NCBI GenBank assembly: GCA_041648175.1 | Contig: JBAZPO010000006.1 | Coordinates: 83,317-147,316, forward strand | Source: Desulfobaccales bacterium | Lineage (GTDB): Bacteria > Desulfobacterota > Desulfobaccia > Desulfobaccales > 0-14-0-80-60-11 | Length of the DNA: 64,000 bases | Direction of reading: 5' to 3' | Shown: piece after piece, positions 1-9,575 of the stretch | Layout: each line of letters opens with the position of its first letter | How positions within the stretch are numbered: position 1 is the first letter of the stretch | Translations under genes and position numbers: made by a program | The notes under the pieces: generated by a model | The model's input: the letters and a program-made list of their open reading frames with translations, nothing else | Told to the model about the DNA's origin: nothing | Database searches by the model: none

Positions 1-678
1 TTCGACATCATGAGTCACTTTGTGGGGCTTACCCCCACCTATGGCTTCAAAAACGGCCGGTTTTGGTTTCCCGCCAGTTTCACCTACATGGATTTGCAGT
101 CCGATAAATATTACACCGGGTTCCTCTTCACCCCCACCTATCTCCATCTCTTCACCGAAAATATCGGCGTGGAAGCGGGGGCCAAGTATAATCGCCAATA
201 CTATCCATCCCCTGTATTCTTCAAGCAGGATATTCGGAGCGGCAAAGCCTTGGGCGGCAGCCTAGGTATGTATTATTTTTTCAAAAAACAGAAGGGCTAT
301 GCCCAGGTGCGGGCCAGTGTGGAGCAGAATGACACGGTCGGTAACAACTGGGACAGCTTCACCTACCGCCTGCTCATGGCGTTCCTCTATCCCATCACCG
401 ATAAATGGAAATATAATATTTTCCTGGACCTCATGCACCAGCCCTTTTCCAACGATTTCTACAATGGGGCCACGATCGGCAATATCCAAGGAGCGCCCTT
501 GTTACCCCAACCCAATCGGCTGGACCAGATCTTGATCCTGGGCATGATGTCCACCTATGAATTCCTCAAAGGCCTGGAGTTCGGCGTCCATTGGTACTAT
601 ATTCGGGATAATTCCAATATCGCGTTGTACAATTATAGCCGCCACATCGTCGGCTGCCAGTTCGCTTACCGTTACTAG
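1..678 (+). CDS. outer-membrane beta-barrel protein, C-terminal part (5-prime end outside window)
   Basis: The frame is open from base 1. The sequence has an alternating Y/F/G-rich beta-strand pattern and ends ...CQFAYRY with an aromatic last residue, as in OM barrels. Family not recognised. Confidence 0.5.
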   Translation, partial: FDIMSHFVGLTPTYGFKNGRFWFPASFTYMDLQSDKYYTGFLFTPTYLHLFTENIGVEAGAKYNRQYYPSPVFFKQDIRSGKALGGSLGMYYFFKKQKGYAQVRASVEQNDTVGNNWDSFTYRLLMAFLYPITDKWKYNIFLDLMHQPFSNDFYNGATIGNIQGAPLLPQPNRLDQILILGMMSTYEFLKGLEFGVHWYYIRDNSNIALYNYSRHIVGCQFAYRY

Positions 679-951
679 AAGCCGCTTTACCATTTTTTTG
701 CCTACCAGCCTGAACGGCGCGCGCCCCTTCTGCCCTTGGCGCAACGAAAGCCCCTGTTCTGATCCTCCGCTTTCTTCTGCCAAGCCTCTCATCTGGAGCG
801 CACGCCAATGTATTTCAGCCACCATAACTTTTTTAAATTGATTATTACTTTCATTATCGTATTGTTTATGTTATAGTTAATCTACTGGAGACTTATGTAG
901 CCAAGGATGGCATGCAGAGAAGCCGTGGACCTATGACCAGGGAGTCGGGCC

Positions 952-1929
952 ATGAAGACGTGTGTATGCCTTTGCGGTATATTAGCGGCAGTATTTTTGC
1001 TCGCTTGTTTCCAGGCCCAGGCCGCGGTGGTGGGCCGTTTTACCCAGGTGGATGGTCGGGTGGATCTCCTCAAAGGGGGCAATCTTCCAGCCACTCTGAT
1101 CAAGGTCGACGACACCGTAGAGCCCCAAGATGTAATCCGCACCAAATCCCTGTCTAAAGCCCAAATCACTTTCATCGACAACAGCGTCATCACCATTTCC
1201 CCGGAAAGCCGTGTTGCCATCGAAACTTATGTGGTGGACCTGGCGCAAGGAAAACGCCAGGCGGTGCTGGAGGTCTTTCAAGGCCTGGCCCTGGCCCTGG
1301 TCAATAAAATCTACAAAGCCGAGGAACCGGATTTCGTCGTTAAAACCCATACCGCCATTATGGGAGTGCGAGGCACCGAAATCGGCATTCGCGTCCACCC
1401 CAATAGTTCAACCATCATGAATTTTAAAGGCCTCACCCAGGTTGGCAATATCTTTCCGGAGGTGAGCCAATTGTTTTTGAAGGCCTTCAAAGTCGCTTAC
1501 TCCTTCGGCCCCTTGAACGATAAGTCCGGCCGTTGGGTGTTTTTAAAAGATATGCAAGGCACTACAGTGGACCGCAACCTGCCCCCCACCTTGCCTTATG
1601 GAATCACGAGCCAAGACCGCGATCTATTTATGCGGCAACTCACCACTGCTGCCCCCCAGGTGAACAAAAACTCCCAGGACACCGCCCGCAACGCCGCTCT
1701 GAACCCTGCGGCCGCAACCATGCCGGTCAGCTTGCCTGGTGCACAAGCCATATTAACTATTCTGAATACTGTCACCGTGCCGCCAACAGTGACACAGCCG
1801 ACGGTGACGCCCACTGCGGTAACCCCAAGCCAGCCTACCGCCCCACCCCCGAGTCTGCCGAAAAACAGTGGCCCGCTCGGTGGGGACAGCAACAGACTCC
1901 TCCAGAACGTTAAATCGCCTACTCCTTAA
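952..1929 (+). CDS. FecR-domain secreted protein (paralogue 1) with Pro/Thr-rich C-terminal tail
   Basis: N-terminal signal peptide (ILAAVFLLACFQAQA). FecR-like core: GRFTQVDGRVDLLKGG...DVIRTKSLSKAQITFIDNSVITISPESRV. Tail is TVPPTVTQPTVTPTAVTPSQPTAPPP. GGGAG lies upstream of the ATG. Confidence 0.75.
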   Translation: MKTCVCLCGILAAVFLLACFQAQAAVVGRFTQVDGRVDLLKGGNLPATLIKVDDTVEPQDVIRTKSLSKAQITFIDNSVITISPESRVAIETYVVDLAQGKRQAVLEVFQGLALALVNKIYKAEEPDFVVKTHTAIMGVRGTEIGIRVHPNSSTIMNFKGLTQVGNIFPEVSQLFLKAFKVAYSFGPLNDKSGRWVFLKDMQGTTVDRNLPPTLPYGITSQDRDLFMRQLTTAAPQVNKNSQDTARNAALNPAAATMPVSLPGAQAILTILNTVTVPPTVTQPTVTPTAVTPSQPTAPPPSLPKNSGPLGGDSNRLLQNVKSPTP

Positions 1930-2344
1930 ACCAACAGGTTGGGCCCGTGGTCTCGCCTCCTCTCCCCGGGGGAGGCAGCCGCGCCGAGAGCCTGATCTTC
2001 AAACCAATGTGCATTCAAATGGTGGCACAGGCGAGATGCCTGTGCAGGGACAGGCCACAGCCTGCGACTACCCGAAATAACTTTTTGAACGCAACGTTGT
2101 ATCTATCCCTGCCCCGCCCGATTCCCGCTGCTCTATCCTGATCCTCGCACGAGGCCCTCGTCGGTTACCGTGCCCCTGGCCAGCACAGCTTCAGTGGACC
2201 CTTGCCCGGCCATGGTTTTTTCAAGAAAACTAAAGAATTTTTTTCCAGATGCCGATATTATAGGATAATAGGAATGTGACCTTATAGTTTGGGTCATAGC
2301 CTGTAACCATCGCCCCTTAACGGGGTCGTCCAGAGGCAAAGCTA

Positions 2345-3304
2345 ATGAAAAGACACTTCATGTTCAAGTCTATGCTGATGGTTTGCGCAGCAATGCTGAC
2401 TTATGCGACTGTAGCCGGTGCCGCGACCGTAGGCCGTTTTACCCTGGTTGAAGGCCGGGTGGACCTCCTGAAGGACGGCAACCTGCCCGCCACAGTCGTC
2501 AAGGTTGACGATGCGGTGGGGTCCGGAGACGTCATCCGCACCAAGTCCCTCTCCCGGGCCCAAATTACCTTTATCGACAATTCCACTCTGACCATTTCTC
2601 CGGAAAGCCGCATCGCCATCGAAGAATTCACCTTTGACGCGGCCCAGAACAAGCGCAGTGCCGTGCTGAAAATTTTTCAGGGTCTAGCCCTGGCCGTCGT
2701 CAACAAAATCATCAAGGCCGATGAACCGGATTTCGTGGTCAAGACCCATACCGCCATTGTGGGGGTAAGGGGCACCGAGTTCGGCGTTCGCCTCAGTCCC
2801 AACAGTTCGACAATCTTGAATTTTATGGGCGCAACCCAAGTGGGCAACATCTTCCCTGAAGTGAGCCGGTTGTTTCTCAAGGCCTTCAAAGTGGCCTTCT
2901 CCTTCGGCTGGAACAATGGCACCAATCGGTGGGTCCTCCTGAAAGCCATGCAAGGAACCACGGTGGGGCTCAATGTGCCCCCGACCAAGCCCTTCGCCAT
3001 CAGTCGGGAAGATCAGATGCAGTTCATGCGCCAACTCGCCACCAATGCCGGTGGCCGGGGTAATGCCCCCCAGGGCCTGCCCCAAACCATCGCGGGTTCG
3101 TCCATCCCCACGACCGGGCCGCCCTCCATCACCACCCCGGGCACCCCCAGCACGTTGAATCTGCTGACCACCGTGACCGTGCCGCCCACACTGGCGCCCC
3201 AGGCCAAGACACCTCCTCCAACGCCCCCTGCCGTCTCCGCACCTACGCATAGTACCAGCACCGGCAGCACTGGTAGCACCGGTAGTATCAGCACCGGTTA
3301 CTAA
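2345..3304 (+). CDS. FecR-domain secreted protein (paralogue 2) with Pro/Thr/Ser/Gly-rich tail
   Basis: Signal peptide. About three quarters identical to 952..1929 over the N-terminal stretch I aligned by eye (GRFTLVEGRVDLLKDG...ITFIDNSTLTISPESRI). Tail ends STGSTGSTGSISTGY. Confidence 0.75.
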   Translation: MKRHFMFKSMLMVCAAMLTYATVAGAATVGRFTLVEGRVDLLKDGNLPATVVKVDDAVGSGDVIRTKSLSRAQITFIDNSTLTISPESRIAIEEFTFDAAQNKRSAVLKIFQGLALAVVNKIIKADEPDFVVKTHTAIVGVRGTEFGVRLSPNSSTILNFMGATQVGNIFPEVSRLFLKAFKVAFSFGWNNGTNRWVLLKAMQGTTVGLNVPPTKPFAISREDQMQFMRQLATNAGGRGNAPQGLPQTIAGSSIPTTGPPSITTPGTPSTLNLLTTVTVPPTLAPQAKTPPPTPPAVSAPTHSTSTGSTGSTGSISTGY

Positions 3305-3336
3305 CCACTCCGCCATAGGCCACTATCCGGACCGCA

Positions 3337-3366
3337 CGCCCGTGGTCCACAAGACCACGGGCGGTT
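3337..3366 (+). terminator. hairpin downstream of second FecR gene
   Basis: CGCCCGTGGTC-cacaa-GACCACGGGCG forms an 11-bp perfect stem followed by GTTT. The U-tract is weak. Confidence 0.45.
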
Positions 3367-3687
3367 TAACCGCCGGGCCTCAATCATATTCCCCAGGGAC
3401 AGCGCCGTGTCGGGTGCTGTCCCTGGGGTTGCATGGGTTCGTGCCAGGTTGGCGAGCTTGCCGCCCTGATTTTATGCCAAGCCGTCCCGGTCGGTTACCG
3501 CCAATAACTGGTCTTAGCCGTTTAAAAATATTTACTTATGGTGCGGATCTTCTTATGATAGCCCCAGCACTCAGGGAACCGGGCCGCAGGGTGGAAGCTT
3601 GAAGCACGTTCAATGTGCTGGCCGGCAACCATACCGGGCTGATTCCCGGACCGGAACCCAAAACCGCCAAGAGGCTGGTTTCCGCTT

Positions 3688-5934
3688 ATGATGCGCCGCC
3701 TGGCCGCTTTTGTGAAATCGCCCATCGCCCGCTGGATCACCGGCGTCACCCTGCTGATGGCTTGCCTGCTCGTTTGGCGTCCCACCTTCACCGAGTTTAT
3801 CGAACTCAAGCTCTACGACCTCAAGTTCCGGTTTCGGGGAGCCCGTGCGCCCGGCAAAGATGTAGTCATCGTGGCTATCGACGACGACAGTGTGAAGACG
3901 GTGGGGCGCTGGCCCTGGTCCCGGGAGAACATGGCCCGGCTGCTTACCGGTCTGAAAACGGCCGGTCCCCGGGTCATAGCCTTGGACATCGTCTTTGCCG
4001 AAAAAGAAGAGACGGTGGCCTACCAGGCCATCAGGAATCTCTGCGATGAGATCGCCCGGCGGGGCGCCTCGCCGGAAGTGCTGGCTCTGCTGGAGGCCGA
4101 GAAAAACAAAGCCGACGTGGACCGGCTGCTGGCCAAAGTCCTGTCCCAAGGTCCTCCCACCATTCTGGGGTTCTTTTTCGAGAGTGTCGGCGGCAAGGCT
4201 GGGGGAGTACAGCCGGAACAGCTCATGGGCGGCACTTTCCTCAAGGCTTCCACCTATAACGTGGTGCGCCTCCTGGATACCCAGCCTTCCCAGGTTCCCC
4301 TGGTAAGCGCCACCGGAATTGAGCGCAATCTGCCGGAAATCACCGAGGCCGCGGCGGGCGACGGCTATTTCAACATGATTCCTGATCCCGACGGCACGGT
4401 GCGCTGGTTTCCCATGAGCATCCTGTATGGCGGAGAGTTCTTCGCCCCTCTGACCCTGGTGACCCTGTCCCATTACCAAGACAAAGCCCCCATGGCCATT
4501 ACCCTGTCCCATTGGGGAGTGGAGGGGATTCGCCTGGGACGCCGCCAGGTGCCGGTGGACCGCTATGGCCGGCTGCTCATCAATTTTTTGGGCCCCGCCG
4601 GCCTCATCCCCACCTATTCCGCCGCCGCCGTCATGAACGGCAGCTTGCCGGCCGGGGTCTTAAAGGACAAGATCGTCCTGGTGGGGGCCACGGCCGTGGG
4701 TATCTACGATCTCCGGGTCACCCCTTTCTCCGGGACTTTTCCCGGGGTGGAGATCCAGGCCACCGCCATGGACAATCTGCTGCATGGCAATTTCATCAGC
4801 ACCCCTCCCTTGGCGCTGGGTATCATGCTGCTGATTCTGGTGGTACTGGCCATCCTGCTGGGTCTGGTGCTGCCCCGGCTCTCCGCTGTCCTGTCCTTCA
4901 TCTTCACCCTCATCGTCCTGGCAAGCTACGTGGGCCTCAACTACTACCTATTCAGCCGCCAGGGTATCCAGTTGGATCTCTTCTATCCCCAGGCCCTCAT
5001 TGTCCTGGTCTTTCTGGGAGTGACCTCGCAACGGTTCCTGGCGGAGGAGGAGGAGCGGAAACGTATCCGCAAGGCCTTTGAATCTTATGTGGCTCCCACC
5101 GTCGTCCAGGAGATGCTCAAGCACCCCGAGCAACTGCGCCTGGGAGGGGAGCGCCGGGAGATCACTATCCTGTTCACCGACATCCGGGGCTTTACCACCA
5201 TGTCGGAAAAACTCGACCCCCAAGCCCTGGTGACTCTGCTCCACGACTTCCTCAATCCCATGAGCAACATCATCATCAACCAGGGAGGCACCATCGACAA
5301 GTACATGGGGGACGCCATCATGGCCCTCTTCGGTGCCCCCCTCGCTCAACCGGATCACCCCCACCTTGCTTGCCGGGCCGCCCTGGAAATGGTGTCCAGC
5401 CTGGCGGCCTTGAACCAGGATTGGGCCGCTCAGGGCCGTCCACCTTTGCGGGTCGGGGTGGGGGTCAACACCGGCCCGGTAGCCGTAGGCAACATGGGGT
5501 CCGACCGTCTCTTCGACTATACCGCCATCGGCGACAATGTGAATTTGGCCTCCCGCCTGGAGGGGCTCAACAAATACTACGGCACCTCTATCCTGATCAG
5601 CCAAGCCACTGCTGCAAGCTTAGGAAACGACTTCATTCTCAAAGACGTGGATCGGGTGCGGGTTAAGGGGAAAGCCCAGGCGGCCCGCATCTATGCGCTG
5701 TTAGGAGAAGGTGAACCCGGTCCGGAACTGGCCCGGTATCTGGACCTCTACCACCGGGCCCTGGCCTTCTTCCGGGAAGGCCGCTTCGCCGAGAGTCTGA
5801 CTGCTTTTGGGCAGGTCCTGGAGGTGCGCCCCGGGGATGCCGCCTGCCAACGCTACGCCGCCCTGGCCCAAAAGTACCTGGAAAACCCGCCGGGTCCCGA
5901 CTGGGAAGCCGTGACGGTCATGGATGGCAAATAG
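3688..5934 (+). CDS. CHASE2 sensor domain-containing adenylate/guanylate cyclase (class III)
   Basis: N-terminal TM segment, a periplasmic CHASE2-like region (VVIVAIDDDSVKTVGRWPWSRENMARLL), and a cluster of TM helices. The cyclase core is ITILFTDIRGFTTMSE...KYMGDAIMALFGAP...GDNVNLASRLEG. Confidence 0.85.
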   Translation: MMRRLAAFVKSPIARWITGVTLLMACLLVWRPTFTEFIELKLYDLKFRFRGARAPGKDVVIVAIDDDSVKTVGRWPWSRENMARLLTGLKTAGPRVIALDIVFAEKEETVAYQAIRNLCDEIARRGASPEVLALLEAEKNKADVDRLLAKVLSQGPPTILGFFFESVGGKAGGVQPEQLMGGTFLKASTYNVVRLLDTQPSQVPLVSATGIERNLPEITEAAAGDGYFNMIPDPDGTVRWFPMSILYGGEFFAPLTLVTLSHYQDKAPMAITLSHWGVEGIRLGRRQVPVDRYGRLLINFLGPAGLIPTYSAAAVMNGSLPAGVLKDKIVLVGATAVGIYDLRVTPFSGTFPGVEIQATAMDNLLHGNFISTPPLALGIMLLILVVLAILLGLVLPRLSAVLSFIFTLIVLASYVGLNYYLFSRQGIQLDLFYPQALIVLVFLGVTSQRFLAEEEERKRIRKAFESYVAPTVVQEMLKHPEQLRLGGERREITILFTDIRGFTTMSEKLDPQALVTLLHDFLNPMSNIIINQGGTIDKYMGDAIMALFGAPLAQPDHPHLACRAALEMVSSLAALNQDWAAQGRPPLRVGVGVNTGPVAVGNMGSDRLFDYTAIGDNVNLASRLEGLNKYYGTSILISQATAASLGNDFILKDVDRVRVKGKAQAARIYALLGEGEPGPELARYLDLYHRALAFFREGRFAESLTAFGQVLEVRPGDAACQRYAALAQKYLENPPGPDWEAVTVMDGK

Positions 5935-5935
5935 G

Positions 5936-6631
5936 TCAGGAAGTCACAATGGCGTTCAGAACACCCCCCAGGATGGTGGAATAAAAGAAAAACGAAATCA
6001 CGCTGTGGATGAGAACCATCCGCCGTTGGACTTCGTTGGTTACGTTGACATCACTCATGGCATAGGTCAAACCCACGGTAAACGAGACATAGAGGAAGTC
6101 CAGATAGGTAGGCTCCGGCGACCCGGGAAAGGTAAAGCCCTGGCGCATGCCCCCGGCAAAGAGGCGGCCGTGGCGATCCGTATCTTCATAATACAGCCGG
6201 GCGTAATGCTGTCCCACGGCCGTGTGCAGGAGAAACCAGGACATGACCACGGCCCAGACGCTCAAGGCCACCAGGCGGCGGGCGTGGGTCGGATGCTCAT
6301 TGCCCACCGAGGTGAGGATGACGCCCACGCTGATATTGCCCAGAAGGGCCACCAGGATCAGCACGATCAGCAGAAAGACCCGGTTAGGCTCATCCCGGGA
6401 GACCCTTTGTTTGGTCATGGGGCCGTCGGCCTGAAAAATTACTATTCCCAGCAAGCCCAGGTAGATGTTCAAGGCCAGTATCCAGCCCAGGAGAAAGGCG
6501 ACCTTCCCACTAAACCCGAACCGTTCCCAGCAGATGAGCGCCGCCACCGCTCCCAGGAAGAGCGCCAGCACCGCCCGGTACTGGTCATGCAACTCCCAGG
6601 CGAAATGACCAACCCGCTTTTTGAACGTCAT
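5936..6631 (-). CDS. DUF1345-like integral membrane protein
   Basis: Multi-TM protein with HTAVGQHYARLYYE...GFTFPGSPEPTYLDFLYVSFTVGLTYAMSDVNV, a pattern I associate with DUF1345. Confidence 0.65.
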   Translation of the reverse strand: MTFKKRVGHFAWELHDQYRAVLALFLGAVAALICWERFGFSGKVAFLLGWILALNIYLGLLGIVIFQADGPMTKQRVSRDEPNRVFLLIVLILVALLGNISVGVILTSVGNEHPTHARRLVALSVWAVVMSWFLLHTAVGQHYARLYYEDTDRHGRLFAGGMRQGFTFPGSPEPTYLDFLYVSFTVGLTYAMSDVNVTNEVQRRMVLIHSVISFFFYSTILGGVLNAIVTS

Positions 6632-6657
6632 GGTGAGCCCCTCCTCCCATCTTCGCC

Positions 6658-8367
6658 CTAAGGCTGCGAAACTTTTTGGTTCTCCTGGTAAGCGCTGATC
6701 ATCAAACCCCCGGTGGCATAAAAGGAGTCCCGGCCCACCAGGTCGATGATCCCCGAGCGTTCCAGTTGGTCATAAACCTCATCTGCAACCTCGGAAAATA
6801 CTAGCCTGATCCCATGCGCTTTGAGGATGGTATAAAGGTGGCGCAGAGTTTCAGCTGCGGAAAAGTCAATATCGTCCACCGCGGCGGCGTCAATGCAGAA
6901 CCAGGCCAGAGGCGGGCTCGCCGCCTTGACCAACTTGGTGACCTGCTCGGACAGCAGCGCAGCATTGGCATAGTACATGCCGTGGGAAAAGCGATAGACC
7001 AGCAGCCCCGGCAGCATTTGGGCCTGAGATTGGACCGGTTGGGTCTTCCAGCCCCCCGACCGGGCCGCCACGATCAACGCATTTTTCGGGCGGTAGCCGT
7101 GCCGGGTGTGGCTCACCAGCGACAGGAACATGGCCAGGAGGATGCCCTGCTTTACACCCACCAGGACCACGGTGGCCGCGGTGATGAGGGCCACCCAAAA
7201 TTCCCAGGGGCGCTCCCGGTAGATACGGCGCATCCCCTTAATGTCGATGAGGTCCACGCAGATGAGGAAAACCACCGCGGATAAAACCGCGGCCGGCATG
7301 TAGGCCAGCGGACCGGTCAGGAACAACAGCACCAACAGGACGATGCTGCTGCTGGTGATCTGGGCCAATTGGGTGCGGCCGCCGGCGCTGTGCACCATCT
7401 CCGAGGCCGTGGGGCTGCCGTTGACCACGAAGGCCCCGGATAGCCCGGCCCCGATGTTGGCCACGCCCAAACCCACCAGGTCTAGGTTCTCGTCCAGGCG
7501 CTCGTTATAGCGGCTGGCATAGGCCCGGGAGGTGGCGGCGCTTTGGGCCAGGATAACCACGAAAATAGAAAAGGCTGTAGGCAAAAGGGTTAGCAGCAGA
7601 CCTGTGTCCAAGGGCACCCGAGGCAGGCCGAATTCCGGCAAACCGCTGGGCACGGCCCCCAGAGTGGCGACGCCATGGGATTTCAGGTCAACGGCCCAGC
7701 TCACCACGATGGCGCCGACCACGGCAATGAGCGCTCCGGGGATTTTTTTGGAAATCCTGCGGGAACCCAGAATGATGGCCAGGACGACTACGGCGATGGC
7801 CAGGGTGTAAAAGTTCGTCTGGTGGAGATGCTGGAGATCGTAGATGAGGTGCCCAATGGGGCTATGCCTGCCACTGGCCAGCCCCAGCATGCCCCCGATC
7901 TCCATGAGGGAAACCTGGACCCCCACCCCGGTGAGAAACCCCACCAGCACGGTGCGGGACAAAAAGTCCGCCAAAAAGCCCAGGCGGATTAAGCGGGCCA
8001 CAATAAGGAACCCGGCCGCCATCAGGGCCAGCAAGCTACAGAGGGCCATATATTGGGGGGAACCCGTGGCGGCTAAACCCATGAGACCGCCGGCGATAAT
8101 CGCGGCGGTGGCGGAGTCGGCTCCCACCACCAGGTGCCGGGATGATCCGAAAATCGCAAAGAGCGACATGGGGATGAGGATGGCATAGAGGCCGGTGATC
8201 ACCGGGGTGCCGGCGATCTCGGTATAGCCCATGGCCTGGGGGATGTTCAAGGCTGCCAGGGTGATGCCCGCCACAATATCTGCGGGCGCCTGTGAGCCCT
8301 TAATCGGCAAAATCCCCTGGAGGATCGGGACCCGGTTGCTTTTGGCCTGAGTGGCGGGGCTCGCCAT
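6658..8367 (-). CDS. SulP family inorganic anion transporter with C-terminal STAS domain
   Basis: 569 aa. N-terminal motif is DIVAGITLAALNIPQAMGYTEIAG, followed by many TM helices. The STAS-like tail reads WFCIDAAAVDDIDFSAAETL. Confidence 0.85.
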   Translation of the reverse strand: MASPATQAKSNRVPILQGILPIKGSQAPADIVAGITLAALNIPQAMGYTEIAGTPVITGLYAILIPMSLFAIFGSSRHLVVGADSATAAIIAGGLMGLAATGSPQYMALCSLLALMAAGFLIVARLIRLGFLADFLSRTVLVGFLTGVGVQVSLMEIGGMLGLASGRHSPIGHLIYDLQHLHQTNFYTLAIAVVVLAIILGSRRISKKIPGALIAVVGAIVVSWAVDLKSHGVATLGAVPSGLPEFGLPRVPLDTGLLLTLLPTAFSIFVVILAQSAATSRAYASRYNERLDENLDLVGLGVANIGAGLSGAFVVNGSPTASEMVHSAGGRTQLAQITSSSIVLLVLLFLTGPLAYMPAAVLSAVVFLICVDLIDIKGMRRIYRERPWEFWVALITAATVVLVGVKQGILLAMFLSLVSHTRHGYRPKNALIVAARSGGWKTQPVQSQAQMLPGLLVYRFSHGMYYANAALLSEQVTKLVKAASPPLAWFCIDAAAVDDIDFSAAETLRHLYTILKAHGIRLVFSEVADEVYDQLERSGIIDLVGRDSFYATGGLMISAYQENQKVSQP

Positions 8368-8456
8368 GGCTGCTCCTTGTCTAAGCCCGGAGATTGGCCC
8401 GGTGAGGCGGCAGGTCTCTGCTGCTGCCGATAACCAGGCGGATCGGGCCAGAAGCC

Positions 8457-8768
8457 CTAAAGTCCTTCAACCAAGCGTTCCGCGGCGTTGGTCTCTTCGG
8501 TTAACCTCATTTTATTTTCTGCGACTTCTTCCATCAGCCTTTTGAGTTCCTCACGATCAGCCTCGGGCTTGATGAAGCCTTTGCGTTCCTGACGCTCTTC
8601 AAAGGCATCGGCCATCTCATCAGCCAGGTCGAGATACAGGTTGGTTACCGGCTTGACGAGGGGCTTGAGGATAACCCCAACGATGGGAAAGACTATCGGG
8701 GCCAACACGGCGACTCCGGCAACGGTCAGCAACGTAATAAGAGGACGGGTGAATAACAAATTAAACAT
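8457..8768 (-). CDS. small membrane-anchored protein with acidic coiled-coil tail (unknown function)
   Basis: 103 aa with a strong RBS (GGAGGAGATGAGCC-ATG). Hydrophobic N-terminus (ITLLTVAGVAVLAPIVFPIVGVIL) followed by an E/R/K-rich helix. Confidence 0.45.
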   Translation of the reverse strand: MFNLLFTRPLITLLTVAGVAVLAPIVFPIVGVILKPLVKPVTNLYLDLADEMADAFEERQERKGFIKPEADREELKRLMEEVAENKMRLTEETNAAERLVEGL

Positions 8769-9020
8769 GGCTCATCTCCTCCTGCCAGGAAAGTGACTGC
8801 GCCCCAAGGCCTTTCCGTCCATAACAGAAATTACATATACCATTTCCGGCGAGTTATGAACAATTACCTAAGCCGCGGATTATAAATTCAAGAACAGAGC
8901 CAGCGTGGGAGTATAACTGTAGGACGAGTTTTGGGGCCAATGGCTTGGGTGATGGCGGAATCCGTGACAATGGGGCGGGTAGTGCTGGGCAGGGAGGGGT
9001 GGGTGAGTTTCGTGGAGGCC

Positions 9021-9084
9021 CTCTGCGTTCTCTGCGCCTCTGCAGTGAAAAAAAAATAACCGCAGAGACGCTGAGGGCGCAGAG
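9021..9084. repeat. 63-bp palindromic REP-like element built from CTCTGCG heptamers (copy 1)
   Basis: ctctgcgttctctgcgcctctgcagtgaaaaaaaaataaccgcagagacgctgagggcgcagag. A near-identical copy lies at 25958..26020. Confidence 0.7.
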
Positions 9085-9158
9085 ATAAATGTGTCAAATT
9101 ATTTATGACGCTATGCACATCATGCCGCCTCTCTGAAGTGCGCCCCCGGGGTCGTGAT

Positions 9159-9506
9159 TCAAAAATCCGTCTCGGCGGCCGCGCCCCCCTCCTGGCTTTC
9201 CATGGCTTCTTCCACCATTTCATCCACCTCGCCAGGGAAGTCTTCGCCCATTTCCTGCCCCATCTTCTTGAGCACTTTGGCGACACTCTTGGGATCATTT
9301 TCATCCATCCCGGACCAGGCCGCGGGGTCGGCCAGGCGTTCCATGCGCGTCTCTTCGGAGAGGCGCACATGCACTCGGGACAGCACCCGCTCCAGAGAGG
9401 AGCCGCCACACTGCTTGCACACCGGGGTGAACGGTTCGTTTAGATTTAAGATGAGAAACCCTGAAATGCGTCGACAATCCTGGCAGCGAAACTCGTAAAT
9501 CGGCAT
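9159..9506 (-). CDS. FmdB-family zinc-ribbon protein
   Basis: Begins MPIYEFRCQDC...CKQCGG (CxxC...CxxC). I placed the start at the MPIYEF methionine rather than at the upstream ORF start. Acidic C-terminal tail. Confidence 0.7.
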   Translation of the reverse strand: MPIYEFRCQDCRRISGFLILNLNEPFTPVCKQCGGSSLERVLSRVHVRLSEETRMERLADPAAWSGMDENDPKSVAKVLKKMGQEMGEDFPGEVDEMVEEAMESQEGGAAAETDF

Positions 9507-9575
9507 AGAACTTCTCCTGACATCGCCTGCAGCCACAACTCAAACTCTTCTGCCTGCCACCTTAGCCTTCGGAGG

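Noticed and set aside
2684-3316. Long antisense or alternative-frame ORFs throughout the track. Examples: 2684..3316, 3610..4512, 4948..5604, 5924..6661, 12551..13417, 16698..17558, 17976..18902, 20137..21270, 28522..29289, 44941..46056, 52141..52818, 59404..60300, 60530..61282, 61388..62683.
   Set aside because: Each overlaps, on the opposite strand or in another frame, a gene with clear family motifs. Their products are Gly/Arg/Pro/His-rich low-complexity strings typical of shadow ORFs in high-GC DNA, and they lack an RBS.
8888-9409. 173-aa ORF on the minus strand
   Set aside because: It runs through the 63-bp REP-like element and, out of frame, through the FmdB-like gene. It has no RBS, and its composition is typical of a shadow ORF.
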